Origin: Diadema antillarum
Lineage: Eukaryota
Direction: 5' to 3'
DNA length: 64,000 nucleotides
Assembly: GCF_040938485.1 (NCBI RefSeq)
Contig: NW_027271778.1
Location: 1,302,001 to 1,366,000, forward strand
The position numbers and the translations under genes were made by a program. The notes beneath the pieces were generated by a model, which saw nothing but the letters and a program-made list of their open reading frames with translations, had not been told where the DNA came from and did no database searches. Below, in pieces: positions 10,854 to 23,536 of the stretch (the first letter of the stretch is position 1; every line of letters starts with the position of its first letter).

Positions 10854-13603
10854 CAAAAGAAAAAAAAGGGTCACGGACATTGGACATGAGGGTTAAAGAT
10901 TCCAGTGGATATATCTCCTGGTTCCACGTGGCATGACATCAACTTCTGGAAAAAGACTTGCGCATCCCGCAACCCATGCTGAAAATCAACAACTCAAACT
11001 TGTTCTAATGATCATGCACTTCTCTGGCACATCATATTGGCACGTATTGTATTTTCAAAGCCACTGGAACTTTTTCCCTATTTTTTTTTCTTTCAAGGGC
11101 ATTGGTACTAATGTTTTCTGTTTATTTGTCTGTGTCATTTTCTCTTTTTTTTTGTTTCATGCTTTTTAAGAGCATGAAAATGACTTCAGCACTCTTACCG
11201 ATACTTCATGTACATGTTCATAGCTCGATGATCATGCTGAAATTTGAGAAATGTGGTAAAAACTAACAGTTACCTGTTGGAGGCTACTACAAAATGTATT
11301 GTTTCAAGCAAAAATCTGAGAGTTATTTGATGAAATTGATCATGCTTCGTACAAAAATTGTCTAGACTGTAGACAGGGCATTGCTGGAGTGCGATTAGCC
11401 CGTTTCAAAAAGTTTGTCTTGCCACACCATTTGCAGCAAGTGAATTAATGTTTGAAGGCTTAAGCCATAGCAGACAATTTCAAACTTCAAGCATGGTGTG
11501 TTCAAGTTTGGAGTCACAAAGTTCCAAGGTCACAGAAGAGTCACAGTCAGTTTCTGTAATCACATTGAAATTCATTGTGGTTTGTATGTTTACGATTCAG
11601 CGGTAAAATCCGAAAATTTGATATTACGTTCCAATTTGAGGTCTGGTTGTCGATACTGACTGAATGTGCATCCTGGTAAACTAAAAACATCCAGGAATTT
11701 TATGAGATTCCTCTTCTTCTTCTTCTTCTTCTTCTGTTTTTCTTTTTTTTAAGAAACCATTATTTCATCTCTCATTTCAAAACGAAAATGTTTCAAAAAA
11801 TGTGGGAAATTATGGTTTTGAGGTACAAAAATAGTGGGAAAAAGATTCAGTATTTGTAAGACAATTGTGTATGTTATAACACAGCTCAACTTAATCCCAT
11901 TCAGTTAAACTGATAGTTGGAATGACAAATAAATGATATCCACATAGTCAACTCACAAGAATTGAAGTCACTGAGATGTAAGAAAATGATTTTCTGCCAT
12001 CTCCATTCTAGACCTATGTTGAAATGTTTATGGAGCTCCCACATAGCTGAGCATTTGTTCCGTGGGGGATCAATTTTGTGAGATAGACTGCATTACCATT
12101 CTGCTCCTAGAGTAACTTAATTTCTAATATCAGTACTTTTTATATCGATCACCGTGTACAAGTAAACCTCATTTCCTGTTCTGCTTAGACACCAAGGCTA
12201 CTTGAGTTATCACACTCTGTTTGCACTCCATGTATCAGGTTGTCAGTTTTGTCTTGTTTCTTTTTTCTTAACTCTAAGTGTTTCTCAGATGTAGTATTGA
12301 AACTTGGTAGGTATTAATGGCAGGGAAATTTATGTCACTGCTATTTTACACAATGACTTAACAGGTGCTCTAGTGATTTTAGTATACATTCTGCATGGTA
12401 ACAGCTGTTTGATACTTATTAACCATGTGTACATGGTTGTAACAAAAAATTTAAGCAGCAATTAATGTAAGATGTAATGTAATATAATCAATGTAAGATA
12501 CAATTTACAGACTTTACAAGTCTCGCTGATTCTGCAATAGGCTGTCTGAAAACTGTTATATCCTGTCATGTCTGAACAAGGGAATATAAAGGTCTTCCTT
12601 ATTTGGGAATTTGCCCATTGAGTGCATGGTGATACACAAGTATATTCCTGATTGCTCTCTGGAACTTCCCTGGTTATGTTGTGCAAAAGTCAGACAGTTT
12701 AATATTATGTTCAGTGTTTATGTGCAGCATGGCAAATGGTTAAATCCTTGACAAGGTAAGGCCAAAATAGAAGTCAGCTCTTCACAATACAGTGCCACCT
12801 CTCCTATCCGGCGTCCCTTTATCCGTATCTGTCTATTATCCGGGTGTGATCTCTGCGGGATTTCTTTTTTTTTTTCCAGTGTTATGATTATGGGGAAAAG
12901 GGGGATTTCAAACAATTCCAAATAATGGTCGACTTCACTTAGCCATGATTATTTAATTTTTAAATTTGGTTTCGTCATCTCACTCTGTTTCTTCCAAGAC
13001 TGCTTAATACATTCCTCAATGTTCAAGCAGATGCATATATTTGACAACAAATTGATTCCATTTTGGTTATTAAAAAACCCAAAACAACTGCGTACAATTT
13101 TGCACTGATGGCAAAGAAAGAGTTTCAGTGCATGTAAAGTGTACCATTGGATAGGCAGCTGTGTGTATTGAACATTGAAACATTGAGTCTCCCATATCTG
13201 GCCAAATCCCTTATCCGGATGAGCGCTGGTCCCGACATGTGCGGAAGGGAGAGGTCAGACTGTATAAAGATTTTTGTTGTTGCTGTTTGTGCCGTAGTCA
13301 AAGTTACGCTTGACTTCATAGAAATTATGGTGCATGCCAGTGTGGTTAGGGCAAATTTCACAGTGTGTGGCTGAAACAGATTAGGGATGTGTGGAGGCAT
13401 TTTTTCTCAACACCTTGATGTCAGTTTTGTCTATTTGACACAAAAATATGTATGTATGGATCAAAGGGCTTGTAAATGAATGATTATGAGAGCACCATCT
13501 GCTATTATATACCCAAATTATCATTGAGCCTCCCTCCATAAAAAGTAAATTTGATATTTTCGCAGTGTCTAAGATATCACTTGATTGCTTGCCCTTGCCC
13601 TTA

Positions 13604-13810
13604 CTGTAAAACGAGGAATGTTCATGTTCATTTTAAGTTCGCGAATTTTGCGAGAGCCAAGATTCGCGAAATTAAAATGTACACAAAAGTTCTTGTCTAC
13701 ACTCTATGCATTGAATGCCAGTGGCACTTCATGAAAATTTCATGCCGCAAAAAAGGCCATTAGCTTCATTTCGAGAAAATTTCATGCTGTGAATATATTA
13801 TATTTTACAG
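13604..13810. mobile_element. TA-flanked CTGTAAAA...TTTTACAG MITE
   Basis: TA|CTGTAAAA ... TTTTACAG|TA with internal TTCGCGAA motifs as in 53164-53952. Confidence 0.7.
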
Positions 13811-16800
13811 TAATTGAATTTTTCCTTTGTGTTATCACCCTGAATGATGATATCCCGTCATACAGTATATACATGTTTTGTTGTTGTTGTTATGTTTTTT
13901 AACCATGGCATTTGATGTTGGATAGTACTATATTAAAGCAAAACAAAATAGCAAAAGCTACCAGTATTTTTTCTACAGAATTCATAATTTCTTGTACTCC
14001 AATATTTCCAACTACCAGTAGTTGAGTTTCTGTTCTTTCAGTAGGACAATGTGGTCAGGTTGCTTTGTATTTTTGTGTGTTTCAGCAGGTTTTGAAGTCA
14101 TCCCACTAGCAATTAGGGCAATACAAAATGTTGCTTTCAAATCAACAGTTACAAATGTGTCAAAGGAAAATAAGTTAACATGATTCATGATAGTAATTAT
14201 TACATGCATAAACTTGTTATCTTTGATTTCAGATGTCTCCATATCCCAAGGAAATTAAAGGTGAGCAAATCTAGCCCTTTAAAGTCAGGTTTTCTTATAT
14301 ATGACAGATAAGATTGAATATTGAAATTTAGTGTGGGTAGAATGCCCTTTCTCCTATTTTCTCCCATTGCAAATACTGGCATAGATTAGGACAGGAAGAA
14401 AACATGTGAACAGAGATTTAAAATGCTGGGACCAATGAATTATATTGTATATTGTCATATTGAAAGAAGCACAGAATTGTTGAAATAGTTCTTTGTCCTG
14501 TCACTGTGCAGGCATTTACTCCCATTTTGTGTATGATTAAGGGCTATAACTTTGGGTACTATGCATCCATTTGACTATGGATTGAACTGTATAGCATGTT
14601 TGGGCAATGTGTGTTGGAGAAAGGCATCTTTTGCTGTAGAGGTACAATGCAGTGTAAGATAAAAAGAGTGCTGGTATTTTCAGTTCAGTGATATCTTAAG
14701 TCATGAACCATTTCCCCTGATTACTAGTATTGCTTCTTGAAGGAGTTTCCGTGTACACCTCTATGGAACATGCACCATAGTGCTTCAAGATCCCACTCTT
14801 CTTTGTTTTGTTTTTGAATAGATAATATTCAGCTAGGATCAACTAATACACTTGTCTGTGACTCATGCCATATCAAGCCCTAGCTTGTGCAATACACCGT
14901 AATCTATATTCTAGTATTCCATTCAATCCCATCAAATTGGAAGATGATTAGTGTGGTTAGAAATACTCACAGCCCTTTCATTTATGAAACAGCAACGATT
15001 AAATAATTCACAGTCATCAGTAGGCCAAAGGTCAGTTCACTGTTGGATGTCATTTTTCAGCATATGAGTTGACAAAGTAATTTCTGTATATTTATGCTTC
15101 TATTTACGTGCTGACATAATATTACTAGTAGAATGGCATAAGGGTATGAGAGGCTGAATTTAGAGTATATCATACTTTTTGGTGTGATTGAAAGGGATTT
15201 CTCCCAGAAGTATATGGATTTAAATCAACTGCCTTAGAAAAAAAAGGCTATGAAAACTGTGACAATTTGAATGTTTCAAAGTCATCTTACATTGTCTTGT
15301 CATGGGAAGAGAAAAAAAAAAACTGCCTCGCGAGTCTGTTGTGTTATTATGGCATCACTTTCCTTTGAAACCCTATTTAACTCTGCACAGAAAAGGCAAA
15401 TTGTAATTTTTTGTTTCTTCTGATTTTTTCTATTGTATGGCAGAGTCTGAATTAGCAAAATCTCAAGCACAAAACAAGTGGAGGTATGATAAGAAAGTCA
15501 CTAAGACAGTCAGCATGTTAGAGGCTAACTTACAGTAAAAATGTCTAAACTTTCCTGACTCAAATCTGGTTTCATTCATTCTGGTTTCAAATCTATATAT
15601 TTCCTGCATTTATGCAATATGAATTGTTTTCGTGCAGGGTATATTTCCCTCTCTCCTTGCATTACCCACAAGTATCATTTTCATTCAGTATCATTCATCG
15701 AGTTGATACTTCATGTCTGTTGCGGTATAAGTATCAGAGATTAATTACATGTACTATGTTATACATGTAGCTGTGATTGACTCTGTCGTCGTTCTTGAAG
15801 TACTATTGCTGTAGGCTCTCCACCTGGTAAGTGTGTTATTTTTGTGCACATATTGTTTGTAATGCTCTGTTATTTGAGATACAACATCCTTGCTTGGACG
15901 TGTATGCAATATACATGTATTGTTATGCATATTTTGCTATTCTTTATATTTTGTCTGTTGACTTTATACATGTATTTAATACCTATGTTACTAACAGGGT
16001 AAAATGGCAGATAATGCATGGTTTTTTAAGCTGCTTGTCAAAAATTTCAGTTGATGTCTTGACCACAGAACTTAACAGAGCAAATTAAGAAAATTTGGCA
16101 GATGACTATGTACAATAACTCAAACTCCAAATGTATCTGCTAGGGTTGTACCATGGTTTAGCAGTGCTTAGCTTATTTTCAGAAAATTAACAAGCATAAA
16201 CCGTATGTTCAAAGTGTATGAAAATGAGACCTTTCTAGGTCATTCCTCTTGAAATCTACTACAGTATATTCACATGGACTCTGTTATGTGAATTACAGTT
16301 TACCAATCTCGTTACGATAACAGGAGTGAAATAACCGATTGTATAGTGTGTACACTTATGAACTCGTACCAAACTTCTGCACACTTGATTCTAAGTGACT
16401 GTAGGACAGTAGCCTGGGGTCACAAGACTTAGTTACAAGACTGCAGCAAAGAGAGTTGTGTACCATTTCTTCTTATCCAATAAGCATCCTTGCCAAAACT
16501 TGATATTTGTTATATTGGCAGGTCTGCCAAAACTACTTCCACTTTGTTTAAGTACTGTACGAAGGTCAACTTCCTGTAGTGAAGGCTAACATTCAGCAGG
16601 TGCAAGAGTAGAAGATATCTCCCAGCATCTTTAATAGCAAACTTTTTCTGTTCCCTTTCACCAAACTCTATGTCAAGTAATTTTTGCTCCATGTATGATG
16701 ATGCTCTATGTTTCTTCCTGAAAGGCTCAACTTCACCCTGTTACTAGCTGTGTATTATGTGTCTCTTTATTTTGTCACTCAATCACATGGAAAATGCTTG

Positions 16801-18688
16801 TCCATTTTAATACTCTCAGCATTTCCTGTTTAAGGAGTACACAAGTTAGCACCATTCTCAGAGCACCCTGTAATTTCTTGCTCTATAAATATGTGAGTGA
16901 GAATTACAATTGCTGGCATGAAGTATGGGGAGTAAAATGTACAGCTTGGACAAGCAAAATGTGTTTAGATGCATTATTGGATTTAAAAAGCATGATTTGA
17001 TTTACTTCAGGTATAATCATGACTTTTACCTGAAATACATTTCTGATCAAGCAGTAAAATTCATACAGTCAGTGTGTCAAAGTGATATTTTGAATTCCAT
17101 TCTTTTATGTATTTTTTTTTCCCGACGTTGACTGAGTCTGTATTCTCTTGCCTACATAATGAACAAAATAAGATCATATTACTGCAGTCAGTTTTGCCAA
17201 CGTCAACCCATACAAATCAAATCACACACCTACTGAACCTGTGCTCCATGAAGATTTAATGTCCTGACCTGAAAGAAATGGGAATAATTTTCCTCATTGT
17301 GTATATTCAGTTTGTGTGATATGAATGTACTTTCCCTGGTTCAAGTGAATGTGACATATTATGCAACATACATGTAGTTTGAGTTAAATTTTTTGAACGT
17401 GTAAACTTGTCCCAGCTAGCAGCTACAATTGTATGTACAACTGTATATGAACGTCATGGAGGCACCAATATGCTTTTACTTGCCCTGTATTACATCTCTG
17501 TATGTGGCGATTGTAACTTGATTGATGTGATGACTTGGCATGTAGTACCTAAAACAGGATGAAATCAGAGTACCTGATTCACATGCTTTGTAAACCCCAG
17601 CACTTATAATTATGTTATCAGTGAAATTAACATGCACTTAGGTCACAAGGGATGGGAAATAAAAGGCATAAGCTGAGAACTCTATTTTACACAATTTATG
17701 TGCAACTGCGCAGTTCTTTGATTGCTGAATCAGTTTTTTAAATAGTCATTGTTGCTAGTGTTTGACATCAATCTATGACACTGGGTTGTGTGTGTGTGTG
17801 TGTGTGTGGAGGGCAGATTTAAGTTCCTTGCCTGTTGTATAAAGAGCAAGATAATTATACAGACATTGTGTGTGTGCGTTTGTTTGAGTGTGTGTATTAT
17901 GCATGAGTGTAAAGTACCAAAAATACAGTTCAGTACAATGTACTTTGCATGGAGGTACAAGTACCCTCATGATCAAAGCCAGAGCAGAGCCTAGTCAAGG
18001 GAGACGAAAACCTGTGTGTCATTTAGGTCCTGCTCGGTTGAAGAGGAACACACATACAGAGCTCACGCACATGCTCAAACATTTCTCTCGTCTTTGTAAA
18101 TTGATCATAATGAAGGGTCACCACACTTACCATAGAGGCAATTCACTGATGATTCGTACAACGGCTTTAATTGATACTCTGTGTGATCAAATACCAACGC
18201 CGAATCAAGATAAATGATAGATAATGTCTCAAAGTTGTCAAGATGTTGTTCTCTTAAGTCTCGCAGATTCGACATATTCTTTTTATCAGTTGATCTGGGT
18301 CTCTAGTTTATCTTTCAGTGACTTATTTGTTGTATCGTTGGTAACAGCATAATGTACATAGGCCTACAGAGGCGCGGCATTATAGTTCTGCGCCCACGTC
18401 ACAGTACACGAGTACAGAAAATTGCGCCTACGTCACAATATGAAATAAGAGATGTTGTATTGTGACGTCTTCCCAACGATGTAGTAAGGTTATCAGGTTA
18501 CCTTTGGCAACGCGCATCATCTCCGAGTTATGTACTTGGTAGCGAGCGCATCATGATGGGGGCACAAAGAGGTCTGGATCTTTGATTACACTATAAAATC
18601 TCTCAGTGGGGGCAAGAGATATTATGCATGGTATGGATGCGCGCATGGAATCAAACTATCAGATGAGATGAATACCAAGCGGGCAGCG

Positions 18689-18934
18689 TTTTTTTTTAAG
18701 ACGGCACAGATTGGGGCATGGCGCGTGTTAAACCTATGGGAAAAACGTTGGGTTAGNNNNNNNNNNNNNNNNNNNNNNNNNNNNNNNNNNNNNNNNNNNN
18801 NNNNNNNNNNNNNNNNNNNNNNNNNNNNNNNNNNNNNNNNNNNNNNNNNNNNNNNNNNNNNNNNNNNNNNNNNNNNNNNNNNNNNNNNNNNNNNNAGCTT
18901 TTAGTTTCCCCAATCTGTGCCGTCTAAAAAAAAA
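18689..18934. mobile_element. Inverted-repeat element spanning the assembly gap
   Basis: TTTTTTTAAGACGGCACAGATTGGGG (18689-18716) is the reverse complement of CCCCAATCTGTGCCGTCTAAAAAAA (18908-18934); the N-run lies between them. Confidence 0.6.
18757..18895. other. Assembly gap (139 N)
   Basis: Run of n bases. Confidence 0.99.
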
Positions 18935-21096
18935 CACGCCGGGAAATAAGCCGCACATGAGTTGATTCGACCAACAAATTGTAATAGTTTCAATAATTAT
19001 ACGCCGTCGTAAACAGTGTCAGAATTTTCAGTATATTCGACAATATGAATAACAATGTTTTACTTAAATATCGAATCACAGAAATAAAGTGAGCATCGTT
19101 GACGATCAATGGATTTGCACAGTGAGCCCCTAGTGAAATTATTGCGAAAACTAAACATGTTCGAAATAGTGAAGTCACAGAAAAAAAAAATCATGAAAAG
19201 CATATAGGAAGTTTTGCCGCTTGATCATACATGTATCAGCCATATTCTATACACATACACACACACGCATATTCCAAATGCAAAAAGTACCATTGTTTTC
19301 TCACTTAATGTGTCATATCTTGTACAGCACGTAATGATGTTATGGCGGAGTATGATTTCAAATGCAATGCAGTATAAACGTAATCACATTGTTCAACTTG
19401 TAACTAATACATTTCCTTTAAACATCAAGGTATGTTACCATATATTCCACTCATTTCCGTGTCAAAATATTCCTCATATTATAATCACTGTAATTGAGTA
19501 TTATGTAGCATGCATGTACCAATTTTTTTTTAAATCTCAAATTGTATAGGTCTTATATACATTTCTGACTATTTAGACTTGTTTCAACACGTTTACGAAA
19601 GAAATCAACCTGAAATCAATCAATTTTGTACAGGTACGAAATTCCAACGTAATAATCTGATTTACATTCATGTTACTTTCATTATTGAAATTATACTGTT
19701 AGGTATTATCTAGTATTAAAAACATTGTACACGGCGCGATCGATAGCCTCGCCTGCAAGCGGGTGTGTATGTGGCCATGGATAGATCTTGACAGAACTAA
19801 AACAATCCCAAATGCAAAGCAAGGAAAGGATTGTAATTAAGATCGCATAATGACATTATAACTTAAAGAGACCCCTGATCTATTTTGTGCTTTGGGTGTA
19901 TGTCTGAACATTCTATCGAATTGTTTGACAATCTAACACGTTACATTACATTAATCTCTCGCGTAACATTAACTTAGTCTATTTTACCTCGCTCTTGAAC
20001 TTTATTACAAGTATTAAGTGATGTGAGAGTTTGTAATATCACAGTATAGGCCTACATGCATCACAATTCCACGGAAGAGGGTGATTATCAGTTGCTATCC
20101 AATGAGGATACACTGGCGAGAGCATTTTCACAAAGTGATGGGATTCGGCAGTGTAATTCCACCTGGGCTACTGTCGAAATATAGAGGAAAGGGGCGACCC
20201 ATCTCGTCTCAGTGATTTCTTAAAGGAATTTGAGGAGGTAATCGTTGGACTTAGTTTGACCAGGGAGGTGACTGAAACCAGTGAGAAGTCTAAGCAATAG
20301 ATGTTCATAGATCATTAATATTTGTGGGACTGCGGCAAGGGATGGGATGTTGTGCTCACCTGTCGAACATGCGATGAAAGAAAGTAATGTTCAGGTAGGA
20401 TGCACTAGACATCAGTTGACATCTTCAAGAACAACCATCTGTGCAGGATGATGAGACACCGATGGATTCCAGGCAGCTTACTGATGATGTGTACAACGTT
20501 TTTTTTAGGGTCTAAACAAATAAGAACGTCGAATCAAGATGACCGATTGTTATAATAAATTACAATAATTAATTATGCTCTCAAAGTTGCCAAAGTTTTG
20601 TTCTCGTACGTCTTGCAGATTCGATTGACTGTTAATATGTTTTTATGTGTTGATCTAGCTAGGTGATCCGTGACTTGTTATATCTTCATTATTCATTTTT
20701 TGTATCGTTGGTAACAATGTTTAGGCGCATTATGGCAATTATGCGCCGTTGAGATGTCTACGTCACAGTAGTGCAGACAAAGAGATTTTATAAGGTTGCA
20801 GATACTAGTAATTTATAAGTGCTCCTACGTCACAATGAAAAATAAGCGTTATTGTATTGTGACGTATCCATTACACCATAGTACGACAGGAATACAATAG
20901 GGAGAATTTGATTATTACTCAGCGATACATTATTTTTGCACATACCCGACATAAAACTTTAGGTATGTTCTACTTAATGTGCCGGTGACATATTCCTCAT
21001 TGTTAATAGTGTGGTTTTTCTGTGAATTTTGCAGTATTTGGCAATGTTATAAACAGAGATTTGGAAAGGTTTCCGCCTTAACGGTTCCATGCATGC

Positions 21097-21296
21097 CATC
21101 TGCTCCGGCGACAATTATTGCTCATATAAAATATCTACACGCTAAGCCAAACATAAAACTTATCCATAACATAACCCGAACCCTTATACCATCCTCATAT
21201 ATCAAACTAAACCTAAACCCCTGTTACGCCCTAATATTCTAACCTTAAGTCCATGGAGAAAATAAGACCGGAGCAACTGTCGCCACGAGCAAAATG
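21097..21296. mobile_element. MITE with GCTCCGGCGACAATT-type TIR and degenerate telomere-like interior
   Basis: CATCTGCTCCGGCGACAATTATTGCTC versus GAGCAACTGTCGCCACGAGCAAAATG; interior rich in TAACCC/TAAACC-like units. Confidence 0.6.
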
Positions 21297-21452
21297 TGCC
21301 ATCAACATTCGAACACTATACATTATAATCAATATCTTGTTTCCCAGCATGTTGACAAATAATTTCGAGAGGTATTTTTTATCGTATAGCAGTCTATTGT
21401 TAGTTTGCACCAACGCTTTATGACATCATACAACTTTGCAACTACAGTACTT

Positions 21453-22177
21453 CCAAGGAGGTTAGAGAAATGGAGTCACAACAGTCTTATTCGCTTTGAT
21501 CCCATGCTCGAAGCCGCCACTCAAAAATATTTGAAGTATGTGTCAAACTGGATCTGCCGCTCAGACCGTGTCTCATTGCATAACCACCAGCCACTTTCCA
21601 AGGAAGATATGTCTTTGTGATGGTAATTACTTTTCGCTATCCCTACTTACAGACGATAGGCGGTAGACAATGGTAAAGGCACGGGGGTGCGCGAATAGAA
21701 ATTGCTCAAATATTGCTGAAATAGATATCAAAATTACTCGACTGTTACGTGTCTGTACGCTAATCTGACATATTAATTTATAAAGAACTATACTTGAAGA
21801 TGATACCATATTAGTTTCATTTGGCGGAAATAAGGAGAAAAGTGATAAAACCGGCTTTCAAACACTTTCACAAAATACAGCTCAGATTTACACTTTTGCA
21901 CATATTTTCGAACGGATTTGACTTTTGTTTTATATGCTTTATCATTATGTGAAATTTCATTGCATTTGATATATAAACGAGCAGCATATACCCGATATCA
22001 TGTTAGCGTTAAAAATGAATCTTCAGATTGCTCAGAAAGATGGCGGCTTCAAGCATCGAACATCAAAGGCACAAAATAAATGCACCTGTGGAATTCTTTT
22101 GTCCATCAAATAGAAAACTGACAGCTGATTGAATTATTATAGTCAGTTGTAACTCCATCTCTCGAACCTCCTTGGTA
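21453..22177. mobile_element. ~725-bp MITE copy 1 (CCAAGGAGG TIR)
   Basis: Left CCAAGGAGGTTAGAGAAATGGAGTCACAAC versus right GTTGTAACTCCATCTCTCGAACCTCCTTGG|TA; colinear similarity to 22356-23150. Confidence 0.65.
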
Positions 22178-22355
22178 CTTCTAAAAACAGACGAGATTAG
22201 TAGCGATTTGATGATTTAGATTCCGTCACCATATACACGCCCCGCCACACGACGTGTAAAATAACAGGCGATTTGTGATCTTCGCAGCGAACCTCCTCTA
22301 CATTACTCGTGGCAAGGATTGAGGAGGTATCACCATATTTGGACCTAATTTCATA

Positions 22356-23150
22356 AAGGAGGTTTCAAGAGATGGAGTGTTTTGATCTCATTGGCGATGC
22401 CACCATTCAAGAATATTTGAAGTATAGGCCTATGTATTGTGCCAAACCCTGCTCTGCCCATGCACTACACAGATAGGAAGAAAACCGATTCCCGTTTCAT
22501 TGCATAACAACCTCCTCTCTAGCATATGCATGCTCTAAGGAAGACAATTATGTCTTTATGATGGTACTTTTTCGTCATCCCTATATCATAGGCCCTACTC
22601 ATAAAAGACGAGCGGTTATTAGACAATGGTAAGACACGGGGATGCACGACTATAGGAACTGCGCAAATGCTGCTGATATTAAAAGAAAAAAAAATCAGAA
22701 TTACTCGACTGTCATATCCCTCTGGACATCAATCTGACATAATAAAACTGCATGTATAGTATCCCAAGATACCATATCAGTTTTGCTTGTCGGAAATAAT
22801 CAGAAAAGTGATTAAATCGACTTTCCAGCTATAGGAGGGTACGATATTTCAAACACTTTCACAACATAGAGTTCAGATTTACACTTTCTCATATTTTTGG
22901 ACGAGACTGACCTTTGTTTCATGCTGTATCATATATGTGAAGTGTCATAATTGTATTAATATACAAGCAAAACATACCCGATCCCTGATCTATATTTGAA
23001 ATAAATGTATCTTCATATTTATCGCGTAATCAGAAAGTTGGTGGCATCGAACCCCGATCACAAATGCACCTGTGGAATTATTTTATGCATCCATAGAAAA
23101 CTGACAATCGTGACCAGTTTTACCAGGAACTCCATCTCTTCCGTGAGCCT
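22356..23150. mobile_element. ~790-bp MITE copy 2 (same family, same orientation)
   Basis: Shares blocks GAATATTTGAAGTAT, TAGACAATGGTAA, AATTACTCGACTGT, GATACCATAT, AAACACTTTCACAA and AAATGCACCTGTGGAATT with copy 1; ends AACTCCATCTCT..CCTCCGTGG|TA. Confidence 0.6.
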
Positions 23151-23299
23151 CCGTGGTAATCACATACTTCCTTGCTCTTACCCACACTTTTCTTTTCTTT
23201 TCTTTTCTTTTCTTTTTTCATTCCCTTTTTCTTTTTTCTTTTTCTGATTTTTTTCTTCTTTCAACTGTACTCACGCAGTAATCGAGGTCCAGAGAATGA

Positions 23300-23536
23300 G
23301 AATTTCAGGGCTGTGGTCCGGAAGTACGTGCTCTAGACACTAGCAACCCATACCCTCGCACCTTACACACACGTTGTTTCGCAGTACGTACACACACACG
23401 TCGTTTATATGCGGAAGTACTCCAGTACAGTGTATACTACGCTCGTGAGGTTGGAGTTTCGCTGCTGTTACCAGTGCAATCCTCCCAGGAAACACGCTTC
23501 AACAGTCTCCTTTCGTCTCACCCCATTTTAATCATC
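23300..23536 (+). promoter_or_regulatory. ARPC3 CpG-rich promoter and 5' UTR with ETS-type motifs
   Basis: CCGGAAGT at 23318-23325 and GCGGAAGT at 23411-23418 in a CpG-rich patch directly upstream of the ATG. Confidence 0.5.

Noticed and set aside
13125-13400. Overlapping ORFs on both strands / candidate terminal coding exon
   Set aside because: No recognisable domain, and no upstream exon with a compatible phase could be linked; kept only as a possible acceptor in the lncRNA hypothesis.
14233-14260. 28-nt plus-strand micro-exon with good acceptor and AAG|GTGAGC donor
   Set aside because: No partner exons or reading frame found; such site pairs occur by chance in several kb of sequence.
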